Source of the DNA: a virus
Virus record (IMG/VR): IMGVR_UViG_3300021963_000037
Coordinates: 64,001-128,000 of that record
Reading direction: 5' to 3' (one strand)
DNA: 64,000 nt
Shown here: positions 1 through 10,757 of the stretch, piece by piece
Layout of the letters: each line of letters begins with the position of its first letter
Numbering within the stretch: position 1 is the first letter of the stretch
Position numbers and translations under genes: made by a program
The notes under the pieces: model-generated
Seen by the model: only the letters and a program-made list of their open reading frames with translations
What the model was told of the DNA's origin: nothing
Databases searched by the model: none

Positions 1-1527
1 TTGATTAAAGGTATCGGTACATCATTTAAGAGTCAAATTAACCTAGTTGATGGTAAGTTTACGTATTTATTATTTACAGCAGGTGGAGTAGTAAGAGCTC
101 TTAAAGTTTATCAAGTTATTGGAGACGATGCAATTGTTGTAAAAGGATGGCCTAGAACAGTTACACCAACAAATGAATCAACATTTGAAACAGGTCCTGA
201 GTGGACTACTGCTGGTTTAATTTCAACTACAATTCAAGAATCTTTTGTTTACACATATTATAAAGGAGGAAAAGGAGCATTTATTGAAACATTAGAATCT
301 TTAAATTCAAAAAGAATTGCAGATTTATTTAATAACAATCCTTCTGAAATAGAGTACATAACTGTTAAAGAAGATGGTACGATTTTAAATAATCAATTTA
401 TATTAAATATCGAAGATGGTACTCAAATTATTAAGCTTTCTAGTTTATCAACTGAAGTAGATAATGAGAAGCCAAAATCGTATAAGGTAACTGCTGACGA
501 GATAGGTAAAACTATTAAGCAGAGAGACGATGAATATTTTACAGTTCTTAAAAGAATGAATGGTGATTATCTTCCTAAGTTTAGAGATGTTATGTTCTTT
601 GAAGAGTTATATCCATCAAACGTTTATTATACATTAGATGGTGCAGGAGCACCGATTAAAAACAAGCAAACTATATTATACAATAAGTACAATAATATGG
701 GTATTGTTTTTGGTTCAGCATACTCATTTACTGGAGAAGACCATTATGGATATTTAAAAAATTATTACTTCCATAAAGTTAATCCAGAATCAGCAGATGC
801 AGTATTAAAATTGTCAACATCATCTGACAAATTGCCTTTATATCCTAAAATTGGAGAAATCGCAATTGGTAAAAAAGATTTTAATATTCTTAAATCTAAG
901 TATGAAGATGATTACTATGTTAAGTGTCTATTGAATGACAAAACTGAAACTGCATATGGAACAATTAATCCTGTAGAAAATATTTCTTTCATGGCTTCAA
1001 CTGTTATGAAAGTAGATGACGTATACACACTTTCTAGATTTAATGCAACGCAAGTTGGTTCAGAACAAGAATTAACAAATGCCAAAATTAAAGCATCTAG
1101 AACTAATTCTATTTTCTGGTATGAAAATGATTCTAAAATATACATTGACTTTTATTTAAGATTTGCATTACTTGATGAGTTAATTGAAAAGGGTGTAAAC
1201 GATAAATTCAATAAATATATTACTCCATCAAAATCATACGGTGATATAACCACGATTGAAGATGATTTGGTTAAATATGTAGATTCTAATATTGTTCCAA
1301 GGTTTATAATTGACACTGTTGAACTATATGCCAAAGAGAGTAAAGATATATCAACTAATTTCGTATCAGTTGTAGATGTTACCGATATTGACCAGACGAC
1401 TTACACAAAGCAGTCTAATTTTACATATTCAACTTTTGCCGAAGATCGATTAGGATTCAGGCTAATATATAACAAAAGGCCTGGTTATAAATACGAATTT
1501 ATTCCTGCCATTAAAATAATCGCATAA
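1..1527 (+). CDS. C-terminal part of a large virion structural protein (5' truncated by the window edge)
   Basis: Open frame from position 1 to TAA at 1525-1527, directly upstream of tail fibre genes; no diagnostic motif recognised. Confidence 0.45.
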   Translation: MIKGIGTSFKSQINLVDGKFTYLLFTAGGVVRALKVYQVIGDDAIVVKGWPRTVTPTNESTFETGPEWTTAGLISTTIQESFVYTYYKGGKGAFIETLESLNSKRIADLFNNNPSEIEYITVKEDGTILNNQFILNIEDGTQIIKLSSLSTEVDNEKPKSYKVTADEIGKTIKQRDDEYFTVLKRMNGDYLPKFRDVMFFEELYPSNVYYTLDGAGAPIKNKQTILYNKYNNMGIVFGSAYSFTGEDHYGYLKNYYFHKVNPESADAVLKLSTSSDKLPLYPKIGEIAIGKKDFNILKSKYEDDYYVKCLLNDKTETAYGTINPVENISFMASTVMKVDDVYTLSRFNATQVGSEQELTNAKIKASRTNSIFWYENDSKIYIDFYLRFALLDELIEKGVNDKFNKYITPSKSYGDITTIEDDLVKYVDSNIVPRFIIDTVELYAKESKDISTNFVSVVDVTDIDQTTYTKQSNFTYSTFAEDRLGFRLIYNKRPGYKYEFIPAIKIIA

Positions 1528-1530
1528 GGA

Positions 1531-4272
1531 ATGTCTATCGATATTAAAGAACTTTACAAATCCGATCTAGATCCAGCGTCTTCGTCACTGTGGTGGTCAA
1601 GCAAGAAAATTGAAAAACTTAACTGGAATTTCGATCAAATAGAATTGTTTGATGGTGGACCTTATGGACCTCAAGGATTTGAAGGTTCTATAGGATTTGA
1701 AGGTGCAACTGGAGTTCAAGGAGCTTCAGGTGTAAGAGGATTTCAAGGTACTCAAGGTGTTATTGGTGTAGTTGGTTTTAATGATTGGACAATAAACACA
1801 AAACCAAGTGGAACTAATACAACGATAAAATATAAAGAAGTAAAAAACAATCCAGCAAACTATCGTATAGGCTTCGCAGATACTGATACAGAATATGCTG
1901 AAAATGATAGTAGTGTTGCTGTTAAAAGATTTAACACAAAGAGTGCATTACAACCTAATTTAATTTTTATTGCTTCTAATATCGATGCTGGAAATACAAA
2001 CATTCCTGTTAGAGAACATTTTTATTATAATTTGTATGCAAATATAGATAATACTGGTGCTCTTACTAGTACTGTATTAGATTCTGGATTTAAAAATGTA
2101 ACTGATAGTAATTGGAAATTTAGACTTTCACCAACAGTAGGTGCTAGGTTTACATTTTTTACTCCAAAAAGTAACCCAACAACATTATTTGAATTAAATG
2201 CAACCGCATTTACGCCAAAGGTTGTTTCTACGTTTGATGGAGTTTCAACTATTAATGGTACTGTAAAAATCGCATCTAATATGTATGGTGCAGCAGGAAC
2301 CGGTAAAATTGCTGCAACTGCGTATGATACTAGTGGTCAATTAGGTACTGTGATGTGGAAAGAAGTGAATGAAGTATTACCTATCTTTCCAATAGGATCT
2401 ATTATTGCAGTTGATAAAGAATTTACAAGTCAATATTTTAATTTAGAAAAAACTGGAACCGTTAATAATTTAGCAGAAGTTGCTGGTTATGGATCTTTTA
2501 CTCCTACTTTTAAATTTGAGTACGGCGCTGGATTAGCATCAGGTAAATTTAAAGGATGGTACTTATGTAATGGTAAAACATGGTATAAAGGATCAGTTTC
2601 ATATACTTTACCAAATTTATGTAGCTTTGATTTAACAGTTGACTATCCAACATATTCTAGTTCTCTTTTAACACCACCTATATCAGGATATGGATCACTT
2701 ACATTTACAACAACTAATAGACAACATCTAGGAACTGCTCAAGTCGGATTTAAAGCTGATGAAGTATCTACTGGATATTATACTTATAATAATGGAACAA
2801 ATAGTCAAACTAAGGTTAAAGAATCTTATGTTGATGTTGGAGAACCATTAGTTACAATTTACGGTGGAGCAACAACATCAACTCAATTAAATACATCAAC
2901 TGGAAAAGGAGATGGATTATTATATCTATGTTTCTTAGGAGAAGATGGATTTATATGGGACACTGCTGGAACAGTTCCAACAGTTAGCGCAATATCTTTA
3001 GGTTACGATCTAGATGATTATGGAGATGCTTGTTCATCTTCAATAACTTCATTTGATTGTAATTTTGTAACGTCAACTTGGTCAGAAGCCAATAGTTGGA
3101 CTGCCAATGATAATAAATTATATGTTACAAATAGTTCTACTCTTGCTAATAGTGGATGGTATGCAAAAAGTGGAGTAGCAAGATATTGGAATAAAAACAC
3201 TGCTAAATTTGCAATTAGATTAGCATGTCCATCTTATACAGATATTCAATTAGTATATAACACAGCGGTAATTAATGCTGGAATAAACGGTGCTTTTAGT
3301 GGATTGACAAAATCAACATATTATATTAACGGATCTAGTTTATCAAATTCAACTAGCTTATTTACTAATTCAGGTGGTAGCACAAATGCAACACAAGGAT
3401 GGTATAGAGATTCTAGTTCTAGAAGATATTGGAATGGATCATCTTTTGAAGGAGCAATATTCACAGCAGATTATGTTAATGCTATTGACATATACACGCC
3501 ATTAGGATTTGAAACAACTTCTTCTGGCGCATGCGGTTTTTCATTAGAAATTTATGGATATTATCAAAACAGTATTGCAACTTCACAAACTTTTTCAGCA
3601 ATTTCAAATCTTTTTGTTGGAGATTCAAGTGCCGGTTCAGGCGTAATAAATTATGCAGATGCTGCATATTATTATAGCAATGGTTCTATTTACAGAAAAT
3701 GTAATAATAGTTCAACTGGAGCCTTAAACTCTGCTGTATCTTGTTCTTATTCGCCAAGTCCAAGTCCTACACCTGGTGGTGGAAGTGGAGGTTGCGTTCT
3801 TTTTGGAACTAGAATATCCATGAATGATGGTACTATCAAACAAGTTCAAGATCTTTCTATTGGAGATACTCTATATAGTAAAACAATTGTTGGATTACCA
3901 ATGTTAGAAAATACAAAAGATCTGTTTGAATGGAAATCTGATAAATTAGATATTTATGATGAAGATGTTACTGTTGTAGGAATTCAAACATTTAATGTCA
4001 ACGTAGTTCTTTCATTTAATGATGGTAAATTATTTACAACAAAAGACCACTTACACCTTTATAAATCTAATGGTTTATGGAAAATTGGATATGCCGTAGA
4101 TATTAAAACTGGAGATATGTTATTTACAGAAAAAGGAGTAGAATTAGAAGTTAATAGTATCGTTGAAACCAAAGGCCACTACATTGTTTATAAAGTTGAT
4201 GTTGAAGAAAATGATATGTTTTTTGCAAATGGAATATTAACTCATAATAAAGTAGAAGCTAGTCAAGAGTAA
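1531..4272 (+). CDS. Tail fibre/collar-type protein with collagen-like repeat, tail-collar domain and C-terminal Hint (intein-like) domain
   Basis: G-x-x run GPYGPQGFEG...; collar motifs FPIGSII and GWYLCNG; repeated GWY...RYW modules; C-terminal CVLFGTRI...FFANGILTHN. Confidence 0.75.
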   Translation: MSIDIKELYKSDLDPASSSLWWSSKKIEKLNWNFDQIELFDGGPYGPQGFEGSIGFEGATGVQGASGVRGFQGTQGVIGVVGFNDWTINTKPSGTNTTIKYKEVKNNPANYRIGFADTDTEYAENDSSVAVKRFNTKSALQPNLIFIASNIDAGNTNIPVREHFYYNLYANIDNTGALTSTVLDSGFKNVTDSNWKFRLSPTVGARFTFFTPKSNPTTLFELNATAFTPKVVSTFDGVSTINGTVKIASNMYGAAGTGKIAATAYDTSGQLGTVMWKEVNEVLPIFPIGSIIAVDKEFTSQYFNLEKTGTVNNLAEVAGYGSFTPTFKFEYGAGLASGKFKGWYLCNGKTWYKGSVSYTLPNLCSFDLTVDYPTYSSSLLTPPISGYGSLTFTTTNRQHLGTAQVGFKADEVSTGYYTYNNGTNSQTKVKESYVDVGEPLVTIYGGATTSTQLNTSTGKGDGLLYLCFLGEDGFIWDTAGTVPTVSAISLGYDLDDYGDACSSSITSFDCNFVTSTWSEANSWTANDNKLYVTNSSTLANSGWYAKSGVARYWNKNTAKFAIRLACPSYTDIQLVYNTAVINAGINGAFSGLTKSTYYINGSSLSNSTSLFTNSGGSTNATQGWYRDSSSRRYWNGSSFEGAIFTADYVNAIDIYTPLGFETTSSGACGFSLEIYGYYQNSIATSQTFSAISNLFVGDSSAGSGVINYADAAYYYSNGSIYRKCNNSSTGALNSAVSCSYSPSPSPTPGGGSGGCVLFGTRISMNDGTIKQVQDLSIGDTLYSKTIVGLPMLENTKDLFEWKSDKLDIYDEDVTVVGIQTFNVNVVLSFNDGKLFTTKDHLHLYKSNGLWKIGYAVDIKTGDMLFTEKGVELEVNSIVETKGHYIVYKVDVEENDMFFANGILTHNKVEASQE

Positions 4273-4273
4273 T

Positions 4274-4888
4274 ATGGATTTTTATTATCAAATAGGAGAG
4301 TTTTCAACTACAACAATTTGGGGTCGACCTAGTTGGATGAAAATTAGAAGATTTCTATTAGAACTAAAGAAAACAGAAATTTATAATAAATACAAGATAA
4401 TCATATACGGTGGAATCATGTATGATATTAATAATACATGGGATCTAGATATTCAATTAGTATCTGAAAATTTAGATTCATACGAAGAATTAGAAAAGGA
4501 TTTGTATTTTATTTATGATATTGCGTTAAATAAGCATAGGCTTCTTGTAGATGCTGGATTTTTTTATAAAGAATGGAATCCAAATATAACTAAAACCGAT
4601 TTCTATTCAAATAATTACGATGACATTCCATTTGATTTTATTAAAATAGGATATATTAAAAAAATAATGGACGGTCAAATAGAAGAACATGACCGATTAG
4701 AAAAAGGAGAAGATTTTGTTGCTCGTTTAACTAAATATCTTGTTAAGCGTAGTAGATCTTATCCAAGTTGTTTGAACAAAAAAGGTCATGCACGATGGTT
4801 TAAACATGAAAATTCTAAAAAATTCTATACAATAGATGAATTTCTAGATGACACCGATGTTGATTTCTTTAATAAGACGAATAAGTGA
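4274..4888 (+). CDS. Putative pol-beta-superfamily nucleotidyltransferase-like protein
   Basis: IYGGIMYDINNTWDLDIQL matches hG[GS]x(9-13)DhDh; possible third Asp in LLVDAG. Confidence 0.4.
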   Translation: MDFYYQIGEFSTTTIWGRPSWMKIRRFLLELKKTEIYNKYKIIIYGGIMYDINNTWDLDIQLVSENLDSYEELEKDLYFIYDIALNKHRLLVDAGFFYKEWNPNITKTDFYSNNYDDIPFDFIKIGYIKKIMDGQIEEHDRLEKGEDFVARLTKYLVKRSRSYPSCLNKKGHARWFKHENSKKFYTIDEFLDDTDVDFFNKTNK

Positions 4889-4933
4889 AAATAAAATCTA
4901 GATAAATATAAAGACAAAAATACCTTAGAGTAG

Positions 4934-7264
4934 ATGCCAATAAATTTAAAACCGATATTAGATTCGCAGACCGATAACGAAAAGTTAGATGCGGTCAATT
5001 ATAATTTCGACCAGATCGTAAGTAACGGTGGTGGTCCAATGGGGTATCAAGGTGCTAAAGGAGCGCAAGGTTTAGATGGACTGACAGGTGCTCAAGGTTC
5101 TCAAGGTGTACAAGGATTTCAAGGTCGTCAAGGTCCTCAAGGACTTAATGCTAATGAGTATTGGATTAAAAATGACGGACCGCAAAATAACACATTGCAG
5201 CCTTTACATGATTCAGCAGGAGGACAAGTTAATCCTCCAACTGTTATGTTTGGTGTTGATGAAACAGATCCATTGTATGGACAAGTAGTTGATACTGCTT
5301 CTGTTTTAATTAATAGAAAATCTAGTGCGTATGTAAATAACTTAGAACTTACCGATGATGGCGTAACAAATTCAGATGGAAATAAAGTTTTTTATACTCT
5401 TAAATTAGAGGGTGGAAAAACCATATATGAAATGGGATTTGCAAATAACACGGTTGGATTACCAACTGAATGGAAACTATATGCAAATCATTTTTATTTT
5501 TCTGATGGTACAAATAATTTCTTAGCATTAGAATCTACTGGAATGACGGTTTATGTACCTGCTCTTTTTACAAATCCAGTAACATTCAATAATACCGTTA
5601 AAATAACTTCTGGTAATCCAGCTGCTGGTAAAATTTTAGTATCGAACGACAACGTTGGTACTGCAGTATGGAAATCAGCGTCTGAAATTTCTGGATTAGT
5701 TCCAGTTGGTACAATCGTACCGATATTAACTAGTGCTTTTGATAGTTCTAGTAATTTCTATAAGGACGCGATTAATGGTTCTCCATTACCCGCAACAGAC
5801 ACTTTAAAAATAAGACATGGTGCCGGTAAAGACAAATATGCAGGTTGGTATCTTTGTAATGGTAAAACTTGGACTAATGGAACTGGTACTTCAACTGAGG
5901 TTCCAGATCTAGTATCTTTTGATTATGAAATTGAAGAAAGAACTTCAGGTACAGGTTCTAATAAGCAAAATGCGGTAACTGTTATTAATACTAAACTTTC
6001 TCTTATTTCAGGTGGTAACGTTGCAGTAACAGCATCTTATGGCGCTAATCCAACGTATCCTAATAATTATACAATAACACAAGATATAGATGCTTCTGTA
6101 AATACTCTTAATGTTCCAACTTCAGGAGGAACTGCATATGATTTAACTAAATTAGTTTACATTATATACTTAGGAGATTCTGGATTATATTGGTCAGATG
6201 CAGGTGCTGCAGGTACAACAATAACACATTATTATGCGTTAGTATCTCGTAAATCAACTAGCAATAGTGATTCTGGAAATTATACGTTTACTGTTGGATC
6301 AACTTATACATTAACTGGTATTCAAGGATCTACACAAACGTTTACAATTACAATGACTCCTTCTGCTGGATATTCATTTACTAGTACATCAAATGTTGCA
6401 TTATATACTACTGGAATATTTGGAACTAATCCAGATGCTTCAGTTACACAAACAAGTGCATCAATTAACAGTTCAGGACAATTAGTCTTAACGTTAACTG
6501 ATTCTGATTTCCAAAATACTGGAAGTTCATTATCATATTTACAATTCGTTGGAAATGCAGTAGGATCAACTACTGGGACGGGAATCAATGTTAGTAAATC
6601 AACGGTTGGTTTCTCTGGAACAAGTTCAGCAGGTTGGACATCGAGTACTGTTTATATTTCAGCAACAGAAAATAATCTTTCAGATGCTACTGCACTAAAA
6701 AGTGTAAGTGATTTAAGTACAAATGCTCAAGCAGGATGGTATGCTCAAAACATATCAGGATCTGGATGGTGCTATAGATATTGGACAGGAAGTGGATTCT
6801 CAACATTAAAAATAACTGGATCTTCTACTGCTCCTGGAAGTTGGTATGATATATCATCAACTTCTGTTGCAATATATGGAACAGTTGGTAATATAATGTA
6901 TGCGAATGGAACATATAATGCATGTACATCTACTGTTAATCCAAATGATGTTGCAACTACAAAAATATGGTCAACTGTATCTAATTTAGATAATTTAGCG
7001 TCTGGTCAAAGTGCTTTTGCAGTAGGAGTTGCATCAGGTTCTAATGCTCCTGTAGATTTTTCATATGGAGGTACAACTTATGGAAGTGGATATATTTCAT
7101 CATCACCTTGTTATAGACTATTAAGTTATAACAATAATACAGGTATCGTAGCTAGACAATCAATATCTTGTGTTGAATACAATTCATCATACGATAATCC
7201 TGGAGGCGGAGGATATTGTTCAACATTCTCATCTGGAGGCGGAGGAGGATCATCGTTCTCATAA
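4934..7264 (+). CDS. Tail fibre/collar-type protein, paralogue of 1531..4272
   Basis: Shared N-terminus (KL..N.NFDQI..GGP.G.QG), collagen-like repeat, VPVGTIVP and GWYLCNGKTW collar motifs, Ser/Thr/Gly-rich distal part. Confidence 0.75.
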   Translation: MPINLKPILDSQTDNEKLDAVNYNFDQIVSNGGGPMGYQGAKGAQGLDGLTGAQGSQGVQGFQGRQGPQGLNANEYWIKNDGPQNNTLQPLHDSAGGQVNPPTVMFGVDETDPLYGQVVDTASVLINRKSSAYVNNLELTDDGVTNSDGNKVFYTLKLEGGKTIYEMGFANNTVGLPTEWKLYANHFYFSDGTNNFLALESTGMTVYVPALFTNPVTFNNTVKITSGNPAAGKILVSNDNVGTAVWKSASEISGLVPVGTIVPILTSAFDSSSNFYKDAINGSPLPATDTLKIRHGAGKDKYAGWYLCNGKTWTNGTGTSTEVPDLVSFDYEIEERTSGTGSNKQNAVTVINTKLSLISGGNVAVTASYGANPTYPNNYTITQDIDASVNTLNVPTSGGTAYDLTKLVYIIYLGDSGLYWSDAGAAGTTITHYYALVSRKSTSNSDSGNYTFTVGSTYTLTGIQGSTQTFTITMTPSAGYSFTSTSNVALYTTGIFGTNPDASVTQTSASINSSGQLVLTLTDSDFQNTGSSLSYLQFVGNAVGSTTGTGINVSKSTVGFSGTSSAGWTSSTVYISATENNLSDATALKSVSDLSTNAQAGWYAQNISGSGWCYRYWTGSGFSTLKITGSSTAPGSWYDISSTSVAIYGTVGNIMYANGTYNACTSTVNPNDVATTKIWSTVSNLDNLASGQSAFAVGVASGSNAPVDFSYGGTTYGSGYISSSPCYRLLSYNNNTGIVARQSISCVEYNSSYDNPGGGGYCSTFSSGGGGGSSFS

Positions 7265-7281
7265 TTAGTAATTAAATTAAA

Positions 7282-8100
7282 ATGATAAAAATGTTAGAAT
7301 ACTTAAAAAATATAAAGATGACAAGGAGTACCATTAGCTTCATAGCCGGGGCAATTGTCATACTTTTGTTCTTGAAGCAATGTAATTCTATTTCTACTTT
7401 AAAAAACGAAAAGGCAATTGCACAAACTGAAGCAAATAGACAATTGAATAATCTATTAGCGTCACAAGATAGCGTTAGAGTTCTTATAAAAGAAAACGGT
7501 GGAATTGTAGCTTCTAAAAGAACTTTAGAATATACATATGCTGAATTAGAAAAAAGCAATGCTAATACGATTGCTGAATTTAAATCAGCTATGGGTGATA
7601 TTAAAAACTTAAAGAATGCTAATTCTCTTCTTAAAACTAAAATTGATATTTTAAGTAAATTTAGTGGAGATCCTACAATAGTTGAACAAATTTCTGATAC
7701 AACTGCAACTTTAACTTTTAATAAAAACGACGATTTTGGAAAAGGTAACACTAGAAAATTTAATGGAAAGGTAGAAGTATCTTATATTAATAATAAGTTC
7801 GGTGCTTCTGCTGGAGATTTTACTTTAAACCAAACTATCAAACTATATGCGATGACTGAAAAAACCAAAGATGGTGTTGAGCAAATTAAAATTGCAACTG
7901 ACTATCCTGGAATTACATTCGGAGAGATTGAAAATATAAACTTGATAAATAATAAACTGAATAAGCCTGAGAAAAAAGCGGGTTGGTCAATTGGAATGGG
8001 TCTTGGATATGGTATTACGTTAAACAACGGACAAACAATTCAAATGGGACCTAACCTAAGTATCGGATTATTCTGGAGCCCTAAGTGGTTAAGATTCTAA
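7282..8100 (+). CDS. Membrane-anchored coiled-coil protein, putative spanin-like lysis protein (DUF6549-like)
   Basis: N-terminal hydrophobic helix followed by QC, long coiled coil, C-terminal beta-hairpin GWSIGMGLGYG...GPNLSIGLFW ending in F. Confidence 0.5.
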   Translation: MIKMLEYLKNIKMTRSTISFIAGAIVILLFLKQCNSISTLKNEKAIAQTEANRQLNNLLASQDSVRVLIKENGGIVASKRTLEYTYAELEKSNANTIAEFKSAMGDIKNLKNANSLLKTKIDILSKFSGDPTIVEQISDTTATLTFNKNDDFGKGNTRKFNGKVEVSYINNKFGASAGDFTLNQTIKLYAMTEKTKDGVEQIKIATDYPGITFGEIENINLINNKLNKPEKKAGWSIGMGLGYGITLNNGQTIQMGPNLSIGLFWSPKWLRF

Positions 8101-8118
8101 AATTATTATAAAAAGAAA

Positions 8119-10185
8119 ATGGCAAAATCATCTAAGTTTATTGGATTAGACCAAGATATTATTCTGGAATTCATATATCATGACCAGACAAATTCGCAAG
8201 ATTATGCAATCGAAACGGATAACAATGGTAGTGAGATTAAGATTCTAGATACCGTTGATGGAGACACAACGGAGACAAGATATTTAATTCACGAACTTGG
8301 AGCTGATGTTGTAGAATTTAGTGTTGATACTGATGGAATCTATGTTACTGTAAATAATTTTGCAGGTAGAGAACTTCAATTACAAAATGGTAAAACATAT
8401 AAATTCGATTTAAGTAACCTAAACGATCCAACTAATTTTACAATCAGTGGAGGAGGAACAGCAAGTTACTCTGCTTTATCTGGAATATTAACTTATAATC
8501 CTAACACAAATGGATCTTATAGTTATGGATATACCGATACAACATTAACACCTGATATAATTTATACCGGTGGAAAGATTGTTGTTGGAGATAAAGCAAA
8601 CCCTTTATTTTCAGTTCCTTTCCAACAAACTGGTAATACAATCAAAACTGCAAGTGGAGAGATTGGAAGATACTATGCCGTTCAACATGATGTTGATGGT
8701 AATAGATATGCTCTTTTAAATAACTCACTTGATTATTTAGATACAACAGGATGGGACGGTACTAATAGTGCTGGTTTAACTCCAGTTACGATTCCATCGA
8801 ATACAATTTATTATGATACAATTAGATTGCACTTAAGAACTGGATTCAGTTTTGGAGCTAGAGGTTACGATGGATTCTTATTCCAAGTTAAAACACCTAG
8901 ACTTTCTGGAATTGAAAACTACTTAACTTCAATTGTTTATAAAAATTCAAGTAACTTTGAGATTCAGAATCCAAATCCATTTGTTCTTTCTGGAGTTTCA
9001 TATTCAAAATTCATTGAGATTAAAGTTCCATCTTTAGTTAACATGTTTGATAATAACTTGAACTTAGATTTTCAAGATGCATTTTACGCAGACCACATAA
9101 CTGGAGGTTATGATATTTTAGATGCAACTGCTGGTTATGGAATCAATTTTAAATTAATTGACCAAATTGTAGAAATTTCTGGAATTGAGTATGCTGATGT
9201 TTCACATGGTATCGAGTTAACTCTTCCACAAGAAGACGAATTCCAAGATATTGTTGGTGTTATTGAAGAAGCAGCAGACGGAGACTATTTTAATCTATAT
9301 GGACTTAAAGATGGTAGTAGAAATGAATTTGAAGATTATATTTTAACTAGACAAAATAATAGCGGAGACGATATTACGGTTTTCCATGATATTGAAATTA
9401 GAGAAGCTCTTGGTTTAAGTTATGAAAAAACTTTTAGTACAACGTTTGTTCAAACTGAAGAATATGACCAACCTATTATTTTTAGACCAGTTATTAAGAA
9501 TGCGAATGTTGCATCTGCATTTTTAATTAACTATATTTTAAGGATCTATAATGAGACTGATAATACTCAAATCGTAAAACAGTCAACTCTTATTTATAAC
9601 CAACCTGCAAAATATGGTAAAAGAATTGCAAAAATAGACTTAGGTTCTAATGCTGTAAATAAAATTTACAATACTCTAGCTGATACAACATCAAATAGAA
9701 GTTTAACTAGTTTTGTTAATTCTATTAGACCAACTGTTGGAGAAACCAAATATGTTCCTGTTGCAATTGATACAACCAATATTCTTGCTGGAAATAGTAA
9801 TGTTGCATTAGGAAATGCAGTTTCAATTGGTGAATATTTTACCGAAGGAAACGCAACAATAACTCTTTCTAAAGTTTCAGATAACTTTGTTAAATTTAGA
9901 ATTGCACAAGTTGATGGAAATTCTACAAAGGCAATAAGCTTAGTTGGAGCTGAAAGTATCGAACTTTTATTAAAAAGCGGAGATATTAAATCAAGCGTAA
10001 CATTTGATCCATCTTTTCCTGGAGTAGACGCTGGAATTGGAGAAATCCTATTTAAAATTCCAAAGGCAATGTCTGCTAGGTTTGATGAGTCTGATGCAAA
10101 CACTAATAAAGACATGTTCTATATTAATTTAGTTAATGGCAACACAAGTTCTTTATTATATTACGGAAATGTAAACATCATATAA
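8119..10185 (+). CDS. Virion structural protein (baseplate/tail region)
   Basis: 688 aa beta-rich ORF between fibre genes and the gp3-like gene; LQLQNGKTYKFD insert typical of phage structural proteins. Confidence 0.45.
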   Translation: MAKSSKFIGLDQDIILEFIYHDQTNSQDYAIETDNNGSEIKILDTVDGDTTETRYLIHELGADVVEFSVDTDGIYVTVNNFAGRELQLQNGKTYKFDLSNLNDPTNFTISGGGTASYSALSGILTYNPNTNGSYSYGYTDTTLTPDIIYTGGKIVVGDKANPLFSVPFQQTGNTIKTASGEIGRYYAVQHDVDGNRYALLNNSLDYLDTTGWDGTNSAGLTPVTIPSNTIYYDTIRLHLRTGFSFGARGYDGFLFQVKTPRLSGIENYLTSIVYKNSSNFEIQNPNPFVLSGVSYSKFIEIKVPSLVNMFDNNLNLDFQDAFYADHITGGYDILDATAGYGINFKLIDQIVEISGIEYADVSHGIELTLPQEDEFQDIVGVIEEAADGDYFNLYGLKDGSRNEFEDYILTRQNNSGDDITVFHDIEIREALGLSYEKTFSTTFVQTEEYDQPIIFRPVIKNANVASAFLINYILRIYNETDNTQIVKQSTLIYNQPAKYGKRIAKIDLGSNAVNKIYNTLADTTSNRSLTSFVNSIRPTVGETKYVPVAIDTTNILAGNSNVALGNAVSIGEYFTEGNATITLSKVSDNFVKFRIAQVDGNSTKAISLVGAESIELLLKSGDIKSSVTFDPSFPGVDAGIGEILFKIPKAMSARFDESDANTNKDMFYINLVNGNTSSLLYYGNVNII

Positions 10186-10736
10186 TGATATTAAATAGTA
10201 GAAATAACCTATATAACTTCAAGCTTCCAAGGAATTTCATTCCTAAGGAGGTTGCTGATCAGTATAAAAAGTATTTGAATAGAATGCCAGGTTCGATTAT
10301 TACTGAACCAATTGATTATATCAACTATTCAATTCAGGGTATTAATTTACCAGGTGTTACATTTGAACCAGTAACTCAAGCAAACAATGATGGTACTGTT
10401 AATTACCATAGAGGAGCTTATCCTGTACAAAACTTGATTGAAAGAGAGTTTACAATAACAATGCAACTATTAGATGGATTCATCAATTATTTTATTATGA
10501 TGGACACATTGTTATATTATTATGCAAAACAAACCAGACCTGAATATACTGACGATTTGAAATTACAAATCATGGACGCTGAAGGTATTCACGTGATTTC
10601 AGCAGTATTTCATCAGCCAATCATGCATTCAATTTCAGAGCTTGATTTAAATATGAGTCAAAATGTTGCAGAATTTAATACATTTACATGTAACTTCAAG
10701 TATAACAAATTTGCTCTTAAGCTAGAAATTGACTAA
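10185..10736 (+). CDS. T4 gp3-like tail tube terminator/completion protein (tail-tube fold)
   Basis: QGINLPGVTF, central L.I.D...I...F..P...SEL and C-terminal FTCNFKY pattern of the gp3/gp19 family; 183 aa. Confidence 0.55.
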   Translation: MILNSRNNLYNFKLPRNFIPKEVADQYKKYLNRMPGSIITEPIDYINYSIQGINLPGVTFEPVTQANNDGTVNYHRGAYPVQNLIEREFTITMQLLDGFINYFIMMDTLLYYYAKQTRPEYTDDLKLQIMDAEGIHVISAVFHQPIMHSISELDLNMSQNVAEFNTFTCNFKYNKFALKLEID

Positions 10737-10757
10737 TAAAAATCTAATATATACTAT

